Source: Eubacteriales bacterium (GTDB lineage: Bacteria > Bacillota > Clostridia > Oscillospirales > CAG-272). Taken from it: DNA of 64,000 bases. The stretch spans positions 1,205-65,204 of the forward strand of contig JAZLLY010000019.1 of NCBI GenBank assembly GCA_045598385.1, written 5' to 3'. The translations under genes and the position numbers were made by a program. The notes beneath the pieces were generated by a model, which was given only the letters and a program-made list of their open reading frames with translations, was not told the origin of the DNA and made no database searches. How positions within the stretch are numbered: position 1 is the first letter of the stretch; each line of letters opens with the position of its first letter. This document shows, one piece after another, positions 36,035-46,800 of the stretch.

Positions 36035-39000
36035 TTAATCGTCGATTCTCACGTAGGAGTATTTGCCGAGTTTGTAGATCTCATCGTCGAGTTTGACGAC
36101 GACGGAGAAAATGTTGTAGTTGAGAATGAATTTCACGACGTCGTGTGTCGTCTCGTTCTCATAGGTGACGAGCACGATGTTGCCGTTATCGCAGGTATAT
36201 TCGGTTTCCACGTAATCGTGTCCGGCAAGTGCCTCGGAATCGGTCAGGTACGAATACGGGATCTTCGTCGTATCGAAGGTGTCGATGTCGAAGGTCATCT
36301 CCGCGTCGGTGCCGGTGTAAGCGGCTTCGGTCTTGGTCTTGATCGCGGCGAGTTCGGCTTTGACATATTCGATCAGATCATCCTTAAACTTTTTATTGAG
36401 TTCATAATTGTCGTTTTCCGTCTCGTAACGGGCAAACTTCATATACTCGTAAAACGTATCGAAGATCTCTTCGTCGGTATCATCGGGATCATAGGTATCA
36501 ACGGTGACGCCGAGTTTCTGCCCCTCCGAGAGCGTGGCGTTCTCCTCGTCGATCGCGGCTTCAAGCTGGGCTTTCACCTGCTCGAGGAACGCGTCCGCAA
36601 GGAGCGTATAGAACGCCTGTCTTTCCGTTTCGGAGACGACGCGCTCACCCTTGATGACCGTGTGACCGGAGATGATATAATCCTGCAGATCGCCGATCTG
36701 TCCGTTGAGTTCGTTATAGCTCTTTACGATACTGTCGAACCAGTTGTCGTAGTCCACGGAATAATAGCTGTTCGTGGAAGACTCCTGTTTCATATACGCG
36801 ATGTTGTCGTGTTCGTAGCAAAGCGTGTAGTAGAGGGACGCACCGCTCTCGATGTCGCGGAGGATCTCATATTCCGGCGAGCCGGAGTTGTTCAGCGGCG
36901 CGCCGGCGTAGCTGACGGAGCCGTGAAGCACCATACCGACAAACGGAACGGCGTAGGAAGAATAACGGAAGTGCGAGGAGTCGGTCTCGGCATTCAGAAT
37001 ATGCGTCGCATACTTGACGGCGTAGATATTACCGGTGTCGATCATCACGGAATAATCCTCTGCCATACGGTCGAGGACTGCCATGACGTTCTGTCTCTCC
37101 TCTTCTCTGTCCACGGTATCCTTTTCGTCGAGATTGGACGAAAGGTCGGAACCGAGCGTGGAGACGGAAATGCCTTCCGCACCCGTTTTTCTGTATTTTT
37201 TCAGGAATCTCGAATAGAGTCTGTCAAGCGCCTCACCGGCGATGACGGTGCTTCCCGTTATTTCAAAACTCTGGGAAACGGAGTTGTAAACGCGCTTGGC
37301 GGCGTAACGGTTATCGAGCATTCTCGACGCGTTGTTCTTCAAGCCGATGCCGTCAAACAGACTCGTAAAATTGATATACTGGAAATCGTAATCGGGGTAA
37401 AGTCCGAGGTTCTTTCCGTCCTCTTCGGAAATGCTCTTCGCATTCTTAACGAGTTTCTTGAAAGCGGAAAGACCGCCGAGCACTTTTTCCATCTTATTGC
37501 GGACGGGGTAGGTGCTCTCGATACCGCCGTTGGCAAAGCCCGTCATCTTGAAGTTGACGCTCGAAAGACCGGCTTCGTCAAAATCTTCGTACATCTTCAG
37601 AATATCGTCAAAGGTGGTGAGCGCGATCTTCTTTCGGATCGGGAACGTCAGAAACGTATCGTCGATCTCCATCGCGCCGATGACTTCGACGTAAAGCGGA
37701 AGATTATCGCTTACCTTTTCGATCGCGGTCAGCGTGCCGTCGGCTTTCAGATACTCGCGGTAGCATTTCGCCATACCGTTGTAGTCCGAGACAAAGGACG
37801 CGCCTTTCACGTCCGGCGTCAGATCCGCGATCTTCGAATCGCAGAGCATGGTATAACGGATGGTGTAATTGCCGTTATAAGCCGACTTTCCGGTGATCGT
37901 GTAGTTACCGAGCGAAACGGTGGCGTTGGACGACGAGGACGTCGTCGTGGCGGTCGCCGTACTCGAGCCGGTGCCGATGGATTCGGAAAGGTTGACGGTA
38001 TCGGTGGGGTACGGGGTGTAAGACGTCGAGACGCTCATGAACCTGTGCTCACCGCCGCCCGAGATCAGACGGAGGTTAGCGAGAGAGGAGCCCTCCTCGA
38101 GGATCGCAAAATAGCCGTTTTTCACTTTATCCAAACCGGGATAGAGGGCATTCGTCGTTTCGCCGGCTGTCACGGTATTGACAACGCCGTAAACCGGCAT
38201 CGTCACCTGTTCTCTGTGCTTTCCGGTCACGGAAGCGTAAGCGTAATCCTGACCGAAGACGGCGGAAGAGAGATTGATGATGGGTTTCTGTGCGTCGTTG
38301 AAGAAGTCCTTGAACGCCACGATCGTGCCGCATCCGTCGGGATAAAAGACGTAGCCGTCTTCATCCGTCATATTGCCGGCGCCGAAGTAAGGCAAAAGAT
38401 CAAAGGATTTCAACGTAAAGACCGTGGTGTCGAAGCTGATGGAATTCGCCGGGACGTTGACGAGCAAGGTGCCGTCGTCGTCCAACTTGTATTCGAGGGA
38501 ACAACGGAGGACGGGCGTAGTCACGGTCTCGTACTCGTATCCGCAGATCTCCTCTTCCTCGTACATCGTCGCGTAGGTGAAATCCGTCGCGTATTTCTTG
38601 ATATTGTTGGAATACTCACGCATATCCTTTGCCGCCGTTTTCTGTGCGACAAAGACGGGAATACCCTGTTGCGTGATGGGATAATTCTGATACATTTCGT
38701 CCAGAATGACCTTGTACGACGCTTTTTCCATGTATTCGTAGGGGTTCTCAAGACTGTAGCCCGTCGTCAGAAGTTTACTGATAAACTTGGCGAGAGCGTC
38801 CGCACTTGTTTTATCCGCGGAGGACATAAGCGCACGGTAGTATTCCGTACCGTTCTGGATCAGTTTCGCGAGTTCGGTCGGATTGATATAACGGTCGCCG
38901 CCTTCGAATTTCGAATAGTCGGTGACGACGTCGTACGAAGTCTTCACGCCTTTCGGATAACCGACACAGGTGTCCTCATCCAGGAAATGAAAATCGGCGT

Positions 39001-39667
39001 CGGGATATGCGGCGAGGATCTTGCTCTCGTAATTGAGAAGCATATCACGGTAGGTATTCAGCATCGGCTCAAGGATATATTCCATGAACGAATCGTACCG
39101 GATCTGACCGGGATAGAGATAACGCGTCGTGGTATCGCCGACCGTGTAATTCACGCGCAGACCGTCTTTGATCTTCTGAACGGAGATCTGACCGTACATA
39201 GCGGCGTAAGTGTAAGTATCATAGGTATAGGAAACGTTCGAGGTAATGTCAAAGAGCGTCACCGAGATCTGGCTCATGAGTTTTGCGATAGTGCCCGATT
39301 CATAAGACGCGGTGCTGGCGTCGTTCATACCGTGCATATTCACGGGATTGGAAGTCAAAATCTGTCCCGTCGCGTTGTTTTTGTAGTACATCGCGCCGGT
39401 GTAGATATTGACGTAGATCGTGTAGCCGCCTTTCTCGAGAGAAACGAGATAGCCGAGCGCGTCTTCCGCCACGAGGGCTTCCTCTGCCGTATCGTATTGG
39501 TAGTTCTTGACGTTCTGCGCAATCTTTTTCTTATCTGCGACGGAAAGAGCGTCCTCCACGAAGGTGTACTTCGACGTCGCCGCACCCGCGGAAAGCGGAA
39601 TGACGCCGACGAACAGAGACGCCAGGATCAGGACCGAAAGGAGACCGGATATTAACTTTTTCATCAT
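36035..39667 (-). CDS. 1210-aa secreted protein of unknown function (I recall the family as DUF5696-like; unverified)
   Basis: Signal peptide MMKKLISGLLSVLILASLFVGVIPLSAGA. AAGGAGG RBS. Embedded between the two ABC permease pairs. Confidence 0.75.
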   Translation of the reverse strand: MMKKLISGLLSVLILASLFVGVIPLSAGAATSKYTFVEDALSVADKKKIAQNVKNYQYDTAEEALVAEDALGYLVSLEKGGYTIYVNIYTGAMYYKNNATGQILTSNPVNMHGMNDASTASYESGTIAKLMSQISVTLFDITSNVSYTYDTYTYAAMYGQISVQKIKDGLRVNYTVGDTTTRYLYPGQIRYDSFMEYILEPMLNTYRDMLLNYESKILAAYPDADFHFLDEDTCVGYPKGVKTSYDVVTDYSKFEGGDRYINPTELAKLIQNGTEYYRALMSSADKTSADALAKFISKLLTTGYSLENPYEYMEKASYKVILDEMYQNYPITQQGIPVFVAQKTAAKDMREYSNNIKKYATDFTYATMYEEEEICGYEYETVTTPVLRCSLEYKLDDDGTLLVNVPANSISFDTTVFTLKSFDLLPYFGAGNMTDEDGYVFYPDGCGTIVAFKDFFNDAQKPIINLSSAVFGQDYAYASVTGKHREQVTMPVYGVVNTVTAGETTNALYPGLDKVKNGYFAILEEGSSLANLRLISGGGEHRFMSVSTSYTPYPTDTVNLSESIGTGSSTATATTTSSSSNATVSLGNYTITGKSAYNGNYTIRYTMLCDSKIADLTPDVKGASFVSDYNGMAKCYREYLKADGTLTAIEKVSDNLPLYVEVIGAMEIDDTFLTFPIRKKIALTTFDDILKMYEDFDEAGLSSVNFKMTGFANGGIESTYPVRNKMEKVLGGLSAFKKLVKNAKSISEEDGKNLGLYPDYDFQYINFTSLFDGIGLKNNASRMLDNRYAAKRVYNSVSQSFEITGSTVIAGEALDRLYSRFLKKYRKTGAEGISVSTLGSDLSSNLDEKDTVDREEERQNVMAVLDRMAEDYSVMIDTGNIYAVKYATHILNAETDSSHFRYSSYAVPFVGMVLHGSVSYAGAPLNNSGSPEYEILRDIESGASLYYTLCYEHDNIAYMKQESSTNSYYSVDYDNWFDSIVKSYNELNGQIGDLQDYIISGHTVIKGERVVSETERQAFYTLLADAFLEQVKAQLEAAIDEENATLSEGQKLGVTVDTYDPDDTDEEIFDTFYEYMKFARYETENDNYELNKKFKDDLIEYVKAELAAIKTKTEAAYTGTDAEMTFDIDTFDTTKIPYSYLTDSEALAGHDYVETEYTCDNGNIVLVTYENETTHDVVKFILNYNIFSVVVKLDDEIYKLGKYSYVRIDD

Positions 39668-39676
39668 CTTACCTCC

Positions 39677-41887
39677 TTACAGTCTGTCTCCGATTTCGGA
39701 GAAGAGCGAGTAAACGAATACACCCATCTTGCTGAGCAGGGTGACGAACAGGAAGAGAACGAACAGGATGACGATCATGGCAACGATCGTACACACCGTG
39801 ATCAAAAGGTTCTTTCCGAGCGGATAGTCGTGGATCGTGAGCATACCGAAAAACAGGAGGATACCGCACCAGACGTAGCCGATACCCATCAGCAGGTTCA
39901 CGACGCCGGCGTCGGTCATAAAGTTCGTCAGGATCGTGGACACGATCAGGATGAAGGACATCGGTGCGATCGCGTAACAGGTCGTCACGAAAATATCCTT
40001 ATAACTGCCTTCGCCCTCGAAAAGACAGGTCAGACACCAGTTGGCGGTGACCCAAAGCATCACGATGACGATAAGACCGCCGAAGACGGAGAGAATGCTC
40101 GAAGACGTGCCGCGGGGATTGAAGAGGTACGCCTGCCCGATCGAGTTGTAGAAGAGCGCCACGCCCGTCACGCCGAGAAGCGTGAGAGCCGCTCTGACCG
40201 AGCCGCGTTTTTCATGCTTCAGATCCCAGAAGCCGTCGAACGGGTGGAACATGGTATGGAAAACGTAAAGCACTTCTTCCCCGTAGGTTTTTGCGCCGCG
40301 CTTGAGGGAAACGGCTTTGTTCTTTTTCTTCGCCCAACCCATGAATTTGGCGATCAGCACGACCAGCGCCACAACGAGAATGACAACGACGAGAAGCCAT
40401 TTTCCGAGGACCGAGGACTGCTGCTTCGAGAAAGCAAGCGCGTAATACTCGGTCTCGTACGCTTTGGCGAGATACTCCATCGCGTTTTCGTATTTGCCCT
40501 GGCTGTAGAGTGCTTTACCGATACCGATATAGGCAAGGTCGAAGTTGTTGTTGAATGTCAGGACCTCCTGCCAATAGTCCTGCGCGTTTGAATACTCATG
40601 ACGGTTCTGCTGTGCGAGAGCGTCAATGATCTTTTCGCAGTAATCGGAGGGGGTGTAGGGAATGATCTTGTTTCCGTTGGTGGCTTTATCGAGAAGAAGA
40701 AGAACGTAGCTCTCTTGGCCTTTATCATCCACCGTGCGCTGATAGGTGATGGCGACGACGTTTTCTCCGTTTCCGAGCTGGTCACCGCTGTCACCGAAAG
40801 CAAAAAGCAAATTACCGTTGGAATCGTAAGTGAAGATACGGGAATGCTGCCAGTCGAGAATGCTCCAGGTACCCTCTCTGCCGATGGCGATGTCCTTGAT
40901 CGCCGACACCTTCTGCATGGAGGACTGGACCACTTCTCCGCCCGGATCGAAGAAACCGTTACGTTTCATAATCTCGGCACCGGCGGTGTTGAGTTTCTTC
41001 ACGGGAGAGTTTTCCGCGCTCTTGGTCTCGATGTTGCTTCTCTGCTTCGATTCGTCAATGTTGCCGGAGACGACGTAGATGAAGCCGTCGGGATCGACCG
41101 TGATATTGGTGTAAGCGACCGTGACTTTTTTCGCGTTCGCTTTGATCTGCTCTTTGGTCTGGAATTTCCGGAGGATTCGCTCCCACGCGGAACCGCCGAC
41201 CTTCTGCGAACCGATGAAGCCCGTGAAATCACCGTCGGAAGACATCGCAATGATACCTTCGCCGCAGGCGGGAGAGATCACGAAGATCTTTCCGTATTTA
41301 TCGACGGCGATGCTTTCCGGCACGAACATGGTCTCCGTCAGAAGCGCGGTCTTTGGTCTTTTGAGGGTGTGATGATACTCAAACGAATTGCTCTCCTTGT
41401 CAAACCGGAATACGACGATCTGCTGGTTTCCGGAGTCGCAGATGAAGAGTTCCTTTTCGCCGTTGGCACTCGTATCCGCGTTGGTGATGAAGAGTCCTTT
41501 CGGCTTTTTGAGTTTCTGATCGCGGTCGTATTCATCCTTATATTCGGAGATCGCCGCGGTCACGTGGAAAGAATAGTCGAGGATCAGGATGCGTCCGTAA
41601 TCCGCGTCGGTCTCGCCGGCGTCGGCAATGTAGATATTGCCTTCATCGTCGGTCATAATGTCGCTCGCGCCTTTGAGCGAGGTCGCGCCGTATTTTCCGG
41701 AGCCGAGGCCCATCGAAATGGAATCGTAAGAGTTCGCGGCGGAATACGCGACGGGGGATTCCAGCACTTCTCCGTCAATGCTGTAGGTATATGTGTCGTA
41801 GGACTCATAAGCGAAAGCGCCGACGGAAAGAGAGGCAAACGTCAGAAGGACACAAAGGAGGAGTGTCAGTATTTTCGATGTTTTCAT
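39677..41887 (-). CDS. Fusion protein: signal peptide, NHL-like beta-propeller repeats, TPR-like segment and C-terminal Yip1-type 5-TM domain
   Basis: Repeats such as GNIYIADAG, LFICDSGN, GKIFVISP and GFIYVVSGN. GKALYSQGKYENAMEYLAKAY is TPR-like. C-terminal hydrophobic block is typical of Yip1-domain proteins. Confidence 0.75.
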   Translation of the reverse strand: MKTSKILTLLLCVLLTFASLSVGAFAYESYDTYTYSIDGEVLESPVAYSAANSYDSISMGLGSGKYGATSLKGASDIMTDDEGNIYIADAGETDADYGRILILDYSFHVTAAISEYKDEYDRDQKLKKPKGLFITNADTSANGEKELFICDSGNQQIVVFRFDKESNSFEYHHTLKRPKTALLTETMFVPESIAVDKYGKIFVISPACGEGIIAMSSDGDFTGFIGSQKVGGSAWERILRKFQTKEQIKANAKKVTVAYTNITVDPDGFIYVVSGNIDESKQRSNIETKSAENSPVKKLNTAGAEIMKRNGFFDPGGEVVQSSMQKVSAIKDIAIGREGTWSILDWQHSRIFTYDSNGNLLFAFGDSGDQLGNGENVVAITYQRTVDDKGQESYVLLLLDKATNGNKIIPYTPSDYCEKIIDALAQQNRHEYSNAQDYWQEVLTFNNNFDLAYIGIGKALYSQGKYENAMEYLAKAYETEYYALAFSKQQSSVLGKWLLVVVILVVALVVLIAKFMGWAKKKNKAVSLKRGAKTYGEEVLYVFHTMFHPFDGFWDLKHEKRGSVRAALTLLGVTGVALFYNSIGQAYLFNPRGTSSSILSVFGGLIVIVMLWVTANWCLTCLFEGEGSYKDIFVTTCYAIAPMSFILIVSTILTNFMTDAGVVNLLMGIGYVWCGILLFFGMLTIHDYPLGKNLLITVCTIVAMIVILFVLFLFVTLLSKMGVFVYSLFSEIGDRL

Positions 41888-41898
41888 GATGATCCTCC

Positions 41899-42771
41899 TT
41901 AGTCCTTCATGCCCGAAGAGCCCATCGTCTCAATGATCTGCGACTGGTTGAGGACGAAGACGATGATGGGTACGGACATCATGACCACCGTCGCGGCAGC
42001 ACCGGCACCGGAACGGGCGATACCGCCGGTGACGATCTGGTTGATCGCGTAGTGGAACGTTTTTAATTCTTCCGAATGGACGTAAATGGAAGAACCGGAG
42101 TTCCAGAGGTTCTTGAAGCACTCGATCATCAGCGTCAGCCAGGCGGGTTTGACCATCGGCATGGCGATGATGAGGAAGGTACGGAACTCGCTCGCGCCGT
42201 CGAGACGCGCCGATTCCAGAACCGTATCGGGAACGGAAGTTTCCATAAACTGTTTCATCAGGTAAAGACCCATCGTCGTCGCCATCGAGGGCACGATGAT
42301 GGAAAGATAAGTATCAATCCAGCTGAAAGCCGAAAGGATGATGAAGTGCGTGACCTGGTTGACCGTCGAGTGGAACATCAGCGACATGACGATGATCTGG
42401 AAGATCGCGTTTCTGCCGGGGAAACGGAGTTTCGCCAGGGAGTACGCCGCCATGGACGCGAAGACCAGGTTTCCGAGCGTACCGCAGATCGTGATGAACA
42501 CGGTGTTGAAGATGTAACGGGAGAACGGCACCCAGGAGTCGCTCATCAGGACGAACAGGTCGCCGAAGTTTGAGAGCGTCGGGTTGATAACGTACAGACG
42601 CGGGGGGAACATGAACAGTTCATCCAGGGGCTTCAGGGACTGTACCACGACGTAATACATCGGGAAGAACATGAAGATACCGAAGATGGAAAGCATGAAG
42701 GTGATGCCGGCGTCGCCTCCGGCGGAGCGGTTCAGTACGACGCGGTGGTTTCTGGTTCTCATTTTTGCCAT
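41899..42771 (-). CDS. Carbohydrate ABC transporter permease (MalG-like), first pair
   Basis: ESARLDGASEFRTFLIIAMP EAA loop. 290 aa. Confidence 0.9.
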   Translation of the reverse strand: MAKMRTRNHRVVLNRSAGGDAGITFMLSIFGIFMFFPMYYVVVQSLKPLDELFMFPPRLYVINPTLSNFGDLFVLMSDSWVPFSRYIFNTVFITICGTLGNLVFASMAAYSLAKLRFPGRNAIFQIIVMSLMFHSTVNQVTHFIILSAFSWIDTYLSIIVPSMATTMGLYLMKQFMETSVPDTVLESARLDGASEFRTFLIIAMPMVKPAWLTLMIECFKNLWNSGSSIYVHSEELKTFHYAINQIVTGGIARSGAGAAATVVMMSVPIIVFVLNQSQIIETMGSSGMKD

Positions 42772-42773
42772 AC

Positions 42774-43871
42774 TTACTCACCCACCTTCGAAAGCGCTTT
42801 TTTGATCAGAATGTTACTGGAGAACATTATGATAAATAGGATCACGGCGATCGCCGAAGCGTAACCGATCTCGTATCGCTGGCCGCCGTAGTCGTCCAGA
42901 TGGTGCATGATGGTATGCGCCGCGTAATCGACCGACGGGAAGCCGCAAAGGTTGGTAACAACGGCGCCGAAACCGAAGGAGTTCGTGATCGAAAGCACGG
43001 CACCGAACATCAGCTGAGGACGCATCGTCGGGAGCGTGATATACCAGAGTTCCTGCCAACGGTTCTTGATACCGTCCACGGCAGCGGCTTCGTACATCGA
43101 ACGGTCGATCGTCTGGAAGCCGGCGATGAAGGAAAGGAACGCGGTACCGAGCGACGTCCAGAGGGCGACGACGATACAAAGTCCCATGACGTAATCCGCG
43201 TCTTCAAACCACAGAATGGCCTCCGACGTGATACCGAGGTTGATGAGCGTGGCGTTGACCCAGCCGTAGGAGTCCGAGGAGAACAGCGTTTTCCAGACGA
43301 GGTAAACCTGACCGGAAATGGAGGGTGCGTAAAAGACCAGCGTGACCACCGCACGGATTTTCGGCGGCAGTTCGTTGATGAACCACGCGATCAGAAGGGA
43401 AAGAATGTAGGATACGGGACCCGTGATGCAGGCGAAGATCAGTGTGTTTTTACAAGCTAAAAGGAAGATCTCGTCGTCGAGGAACAGACGGGTGTAGTTG
43501 GAGATGCCCTTCCATCCCGGCATCTGCAACATATTGAAGTCCGTAAAACTCAAAAGGATGGAAAGGAAAACGGGGATGACCGTAAAGACAATAAAGAGAA
43601 GAAGGAAGGGAGCGACCATGAAATACGCGGTCTTGTTCTTCTTGATCTCGTTCCACGTCCACTGCCATTTCGTCATTTCGGGGCGGCGTTCGTGTTCGAC
43701 GTAAAAGGGTTCCGCACCGGCTTCTTCCGCTACGGCTTCGGCTGCGGGTGCTTCGGCGGGTTCTTCCGCTACGGCTTCGGCAACGGGTGCTTTTACCGAT
43801 TTCGTCTTTTTCTTCTTTTCCGGCGTGTCTTTGCTTTCACTCAACACGTCCGGTTTCAATTCATCAGACAT
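42774..43871 (-). CDS. Sugar ABC transporter permease (MalF-like), first pair, with Ala/Glu-rich N-terminal extension
   Basis: EAAAVDGIKNRWQELWYITLP EAA loop. About 75-aa charged N-terminal extension. Confidence 0.9.
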   Translation of the reverse strand: MSDELKPDVLSESKDTPEKKKKTKSVKAPVAEAVAEEPAEAPAAEAVAEEAGAEPFYVEHERRPEMTKWQWTWNEIKKNKTAYFMVAPFLLLFIVFTVIPVFLSILLSFTDFNMLQMPGWKGISNYTRLFLDDEIFLLACKNTLIFACITGPVSYILSLLIAWFINELPPKIRAVVTLVFYAPSISGQVYLVWKTLFSSDSYGWVNATLINLGITSEAILWFEDADYVMGLCIVVALWTSLGTAFLSFIAGFQTIDRSMYEAAAVDGIKNRWQELWYITLPTMRPQLMFGAVLSITNSFGFGAVVTNLCGFPSVDYAAHTIMHHLDDYGGQRYEIGYASAIAVILFIIMFSSNILIKKALSKVGE

Positions 43872-43891
43872 AGCTTCTCTCCTTTCCTTTC

Positions 43892-46800
43892 TTAATTACC
43901 CGCGCTCGCGTCGAGTTTCGGAGGTTCTTCATCGGGATCGAGGACCTCAAGATCGAATTCTTCGCGCTTACGCTTGATTTCTGCGTTGATGGCGTCAACG
44001 TACTGACGAAGTGCGTCAACGGGGTCGGTGCCGTTGTTCTTGGCATCGAGGAAGGCAAATTTCGTATAACGGGAAATGATGTAGGAACCGGGATAGTTGA
44101 CGACACTCGACATATGGTCGATCTGATCCATGATGGCACGCAGTTCGGACGCGCTCCAGGACAGATGCGTGATCGCCTTGATATTCGCCGATTCGTACTT
44201 CGCGGAGGGACCGATCAGGGCAACCATCTTGTTACCGTAGTTCGCCTGCGTCGATTCGCCGGTCTGCCACTGGATGAACTGCCATGCGGCGAGGGTGTCC
44301 TCACATCCGTGAAGCATGACCGTCGCGCTGACGCCCGCGAGAGAGTCGTAATTGACGGTTCCGCCTTCCTTCCAACCGGGCAGAGGACAGAACGTCCAAA
44401 GACCGTCGATCTCCGTCGCGAAGACGACGAGCTGGTTGTAGATCGTGGCGTAATCGCCGATCAGGATCGGCATTTCACCGGTACGGAAACGGTTCGCGGC
44501 GTCGTAAGATACCGGGAACGAATAGTCGGTATAGAGACGGCAGACGAAGTCAAAGGACTCGTACGCGATGTCGGTATCCAGACCGATCTTCGCGCCGGCG
44601 TACTTGGAATCGTACTCGTCTTTGTCGGTGTATTTCCACATATTGCCGCCCATCTGGTACAGCAGGAAGTCGATCGCGGAGCCGTAGGAAACGCCGATCG
44701 ACATATTGTTCGCCTGCAGGGCGGGAAGCAGAGCGAGAAGATCCGACCAGGTCTCGGGGATATGCTCACAGCCGAGCTCGTCGCTCGCAAGGACGTCGGC
44801 ACGGTAGAACATCATGGCAAAACTCATACTCATGGGAATACCGTAAGAAACGTCCATCAGCGTGACGGTATCCATCGCCGCCTGCACGAAATTCGGATCG
44901 TCGGCGGGACCGATCACCTCATCGAACGGAAGAGTCGTGAAGAGCAGTTCGCTGCCGTCGGTGCGGAGCGTCGTCTCGTTCACGTAATCGTTGCCGTCCC
45001 GGTAGGTGTAATAAGTCGTGGTGAAGACGGCGTTTTCCTCGTCGGAAAGCCGTTTGTCCGCGCCGTTGATGCCGAGGACGGCGTCACGGATCGCGTAGTT
45101 GATGACGTCGGCGGAGCCGAGTCCGAGATAGACATCGGGACCTTTGCCGGAAAGAATGGAGGGCAGAAGCGTACCGCCGGTGACAAGTTTCAGCGTGACG
45201 GCGACACCCGTGGAATCGGTAAATCCGCCCTTGGCGTCGATCATGGTACGCCAGATCTGGGACTGGTCACGGCCGGAAGCCAGCCAGACGTCGATCGTCG
45301 TGGTATCCTCATCCGGTTCTTTGGTCAGACCCATGACGTCGTAATCGACGAAGAACGAGCTGATGAAGGAGCGGATCTCAAACCAGAGAGATTTGAAGAA
45401 TCCGGCTTTCGCCCGCATATTCTCTTTGAGGAAATCCTCACCCTCGTCGGCGGAGACCACCGCGATGGAATCGACCATCATCGAGCTCTTCTTGGAATCG
45501 TTGATCCAGGTACCGAGCGTACCGAGGTTGGATTTCAGGTTGTCAAGGTTTCTCGCGATCTCATAGCCCTCGTCCTGTCCCATACGGTCGAGCAGCTCGG
45601 CGATGGTATCCAGCGTGGCGATGTGCGAACCCTTGGTGCCGCAGAGTTTCTCGAACTCGTCGGCGATGGTGGCAAGCTCGATGCCCTCGTCGAGGAGAGA
45701 GACGAGAACGTCGGGCATGATGCTGACGAAGCCGTAATCACGGTATTCGTCGGGATCCGCGCCGGTCAGCTGCAAGATGCGCAGATAATCGGCGTTGATG
45801 TTGGCAAGGGAGGTCTCCGCTCTCGCGATCAGATCTTTCAGAGAGCCGAGGGAACATTCGAGATACAGGGTATAAACGACGTCTTTCTCAAAATAGAACT
45901 CGAAGACGGTGTCGCGGTTGCCGACGAAGGAAGACTGCCATTCGTCGTCGTAGTTGAACTGTGCGTCGTACGCCTCGGCAAAGGGAACCGTGGGCGTCTC
46001 ACCGTATTCGCCGCCCGCAAGCTTGACGGTACGGCAGATGTACATACCCTGGAGGGCATCCTGCTTGTACCGCATCGCGAATTTGTACATACCGCTTTCG
46101 CTGACGGAGAAGTTATACGCCGCGAACTGACCGACGGTGCTGTAGCTGTTCTCGCCGATCACGTTGTAAAGCTGTGCGTTGGAAACGACGGGAGAGGTGC
46201 AGACCGACGTATTGTCGTTCGTGGGATAGACGGAAGTGTCCGAAACATAGTCGGGGAACTCCGCCTGGATCATCGTGAACTGTCCGGTCGTCACCGCGCT
46301 ATCTCCGGCGTGGTTTGCCTGATATTCCGCGTAAGTCGGGATCTTTGCAGAACTGTCGCCGACGGGAACAAGCTCAATGGATTTGACGAGCATCGCTTCC
46401 CTCTCCGCCTGGAGCGTCAGCTGATAGTCGCCGTTCGCGAAATAAAACTCGAAATAGCCCTGCGTATACCCGGTGGAATCCTGCAAATACGCCGTCATCC
46501 ATCTGTCCGGTTCGGTCACGATATCGGGGAGCATGGAGTTTCCGTTGATATCCTCGGAGATCGTGGAGGTCTCGAGCATTTTCTTGCCGTTCTCAAGGTA
46601 AACTCTCTTCTTGACGTAACCGTTGTCACCGAGTTCGTAGGTGATGCCGATCTCGCTGTCGGCGGGTGCCTCGGTCACGACGGAATTCGAGAGAGCGCAA
46701 CTCTTCGCAAAACGCAGAGAGTTTGCTTCCGTGAAAGGTATCGTTCCGTTGATGAGCAGTTTTCTTTCGATCGAGCTCGTGCCGCCGTTATCCGCCGACA

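Noticed and set aside
43723-43795. Short DNA repeats (CTTCCGCTACGGCTTCGGC x2) near the start of the first MalF-like permease
   Set aside because: They are explained by the coding Ala/Glu-rich low-complexity N-terminal extension (AEAVAEE repeats) and are not an independent element.
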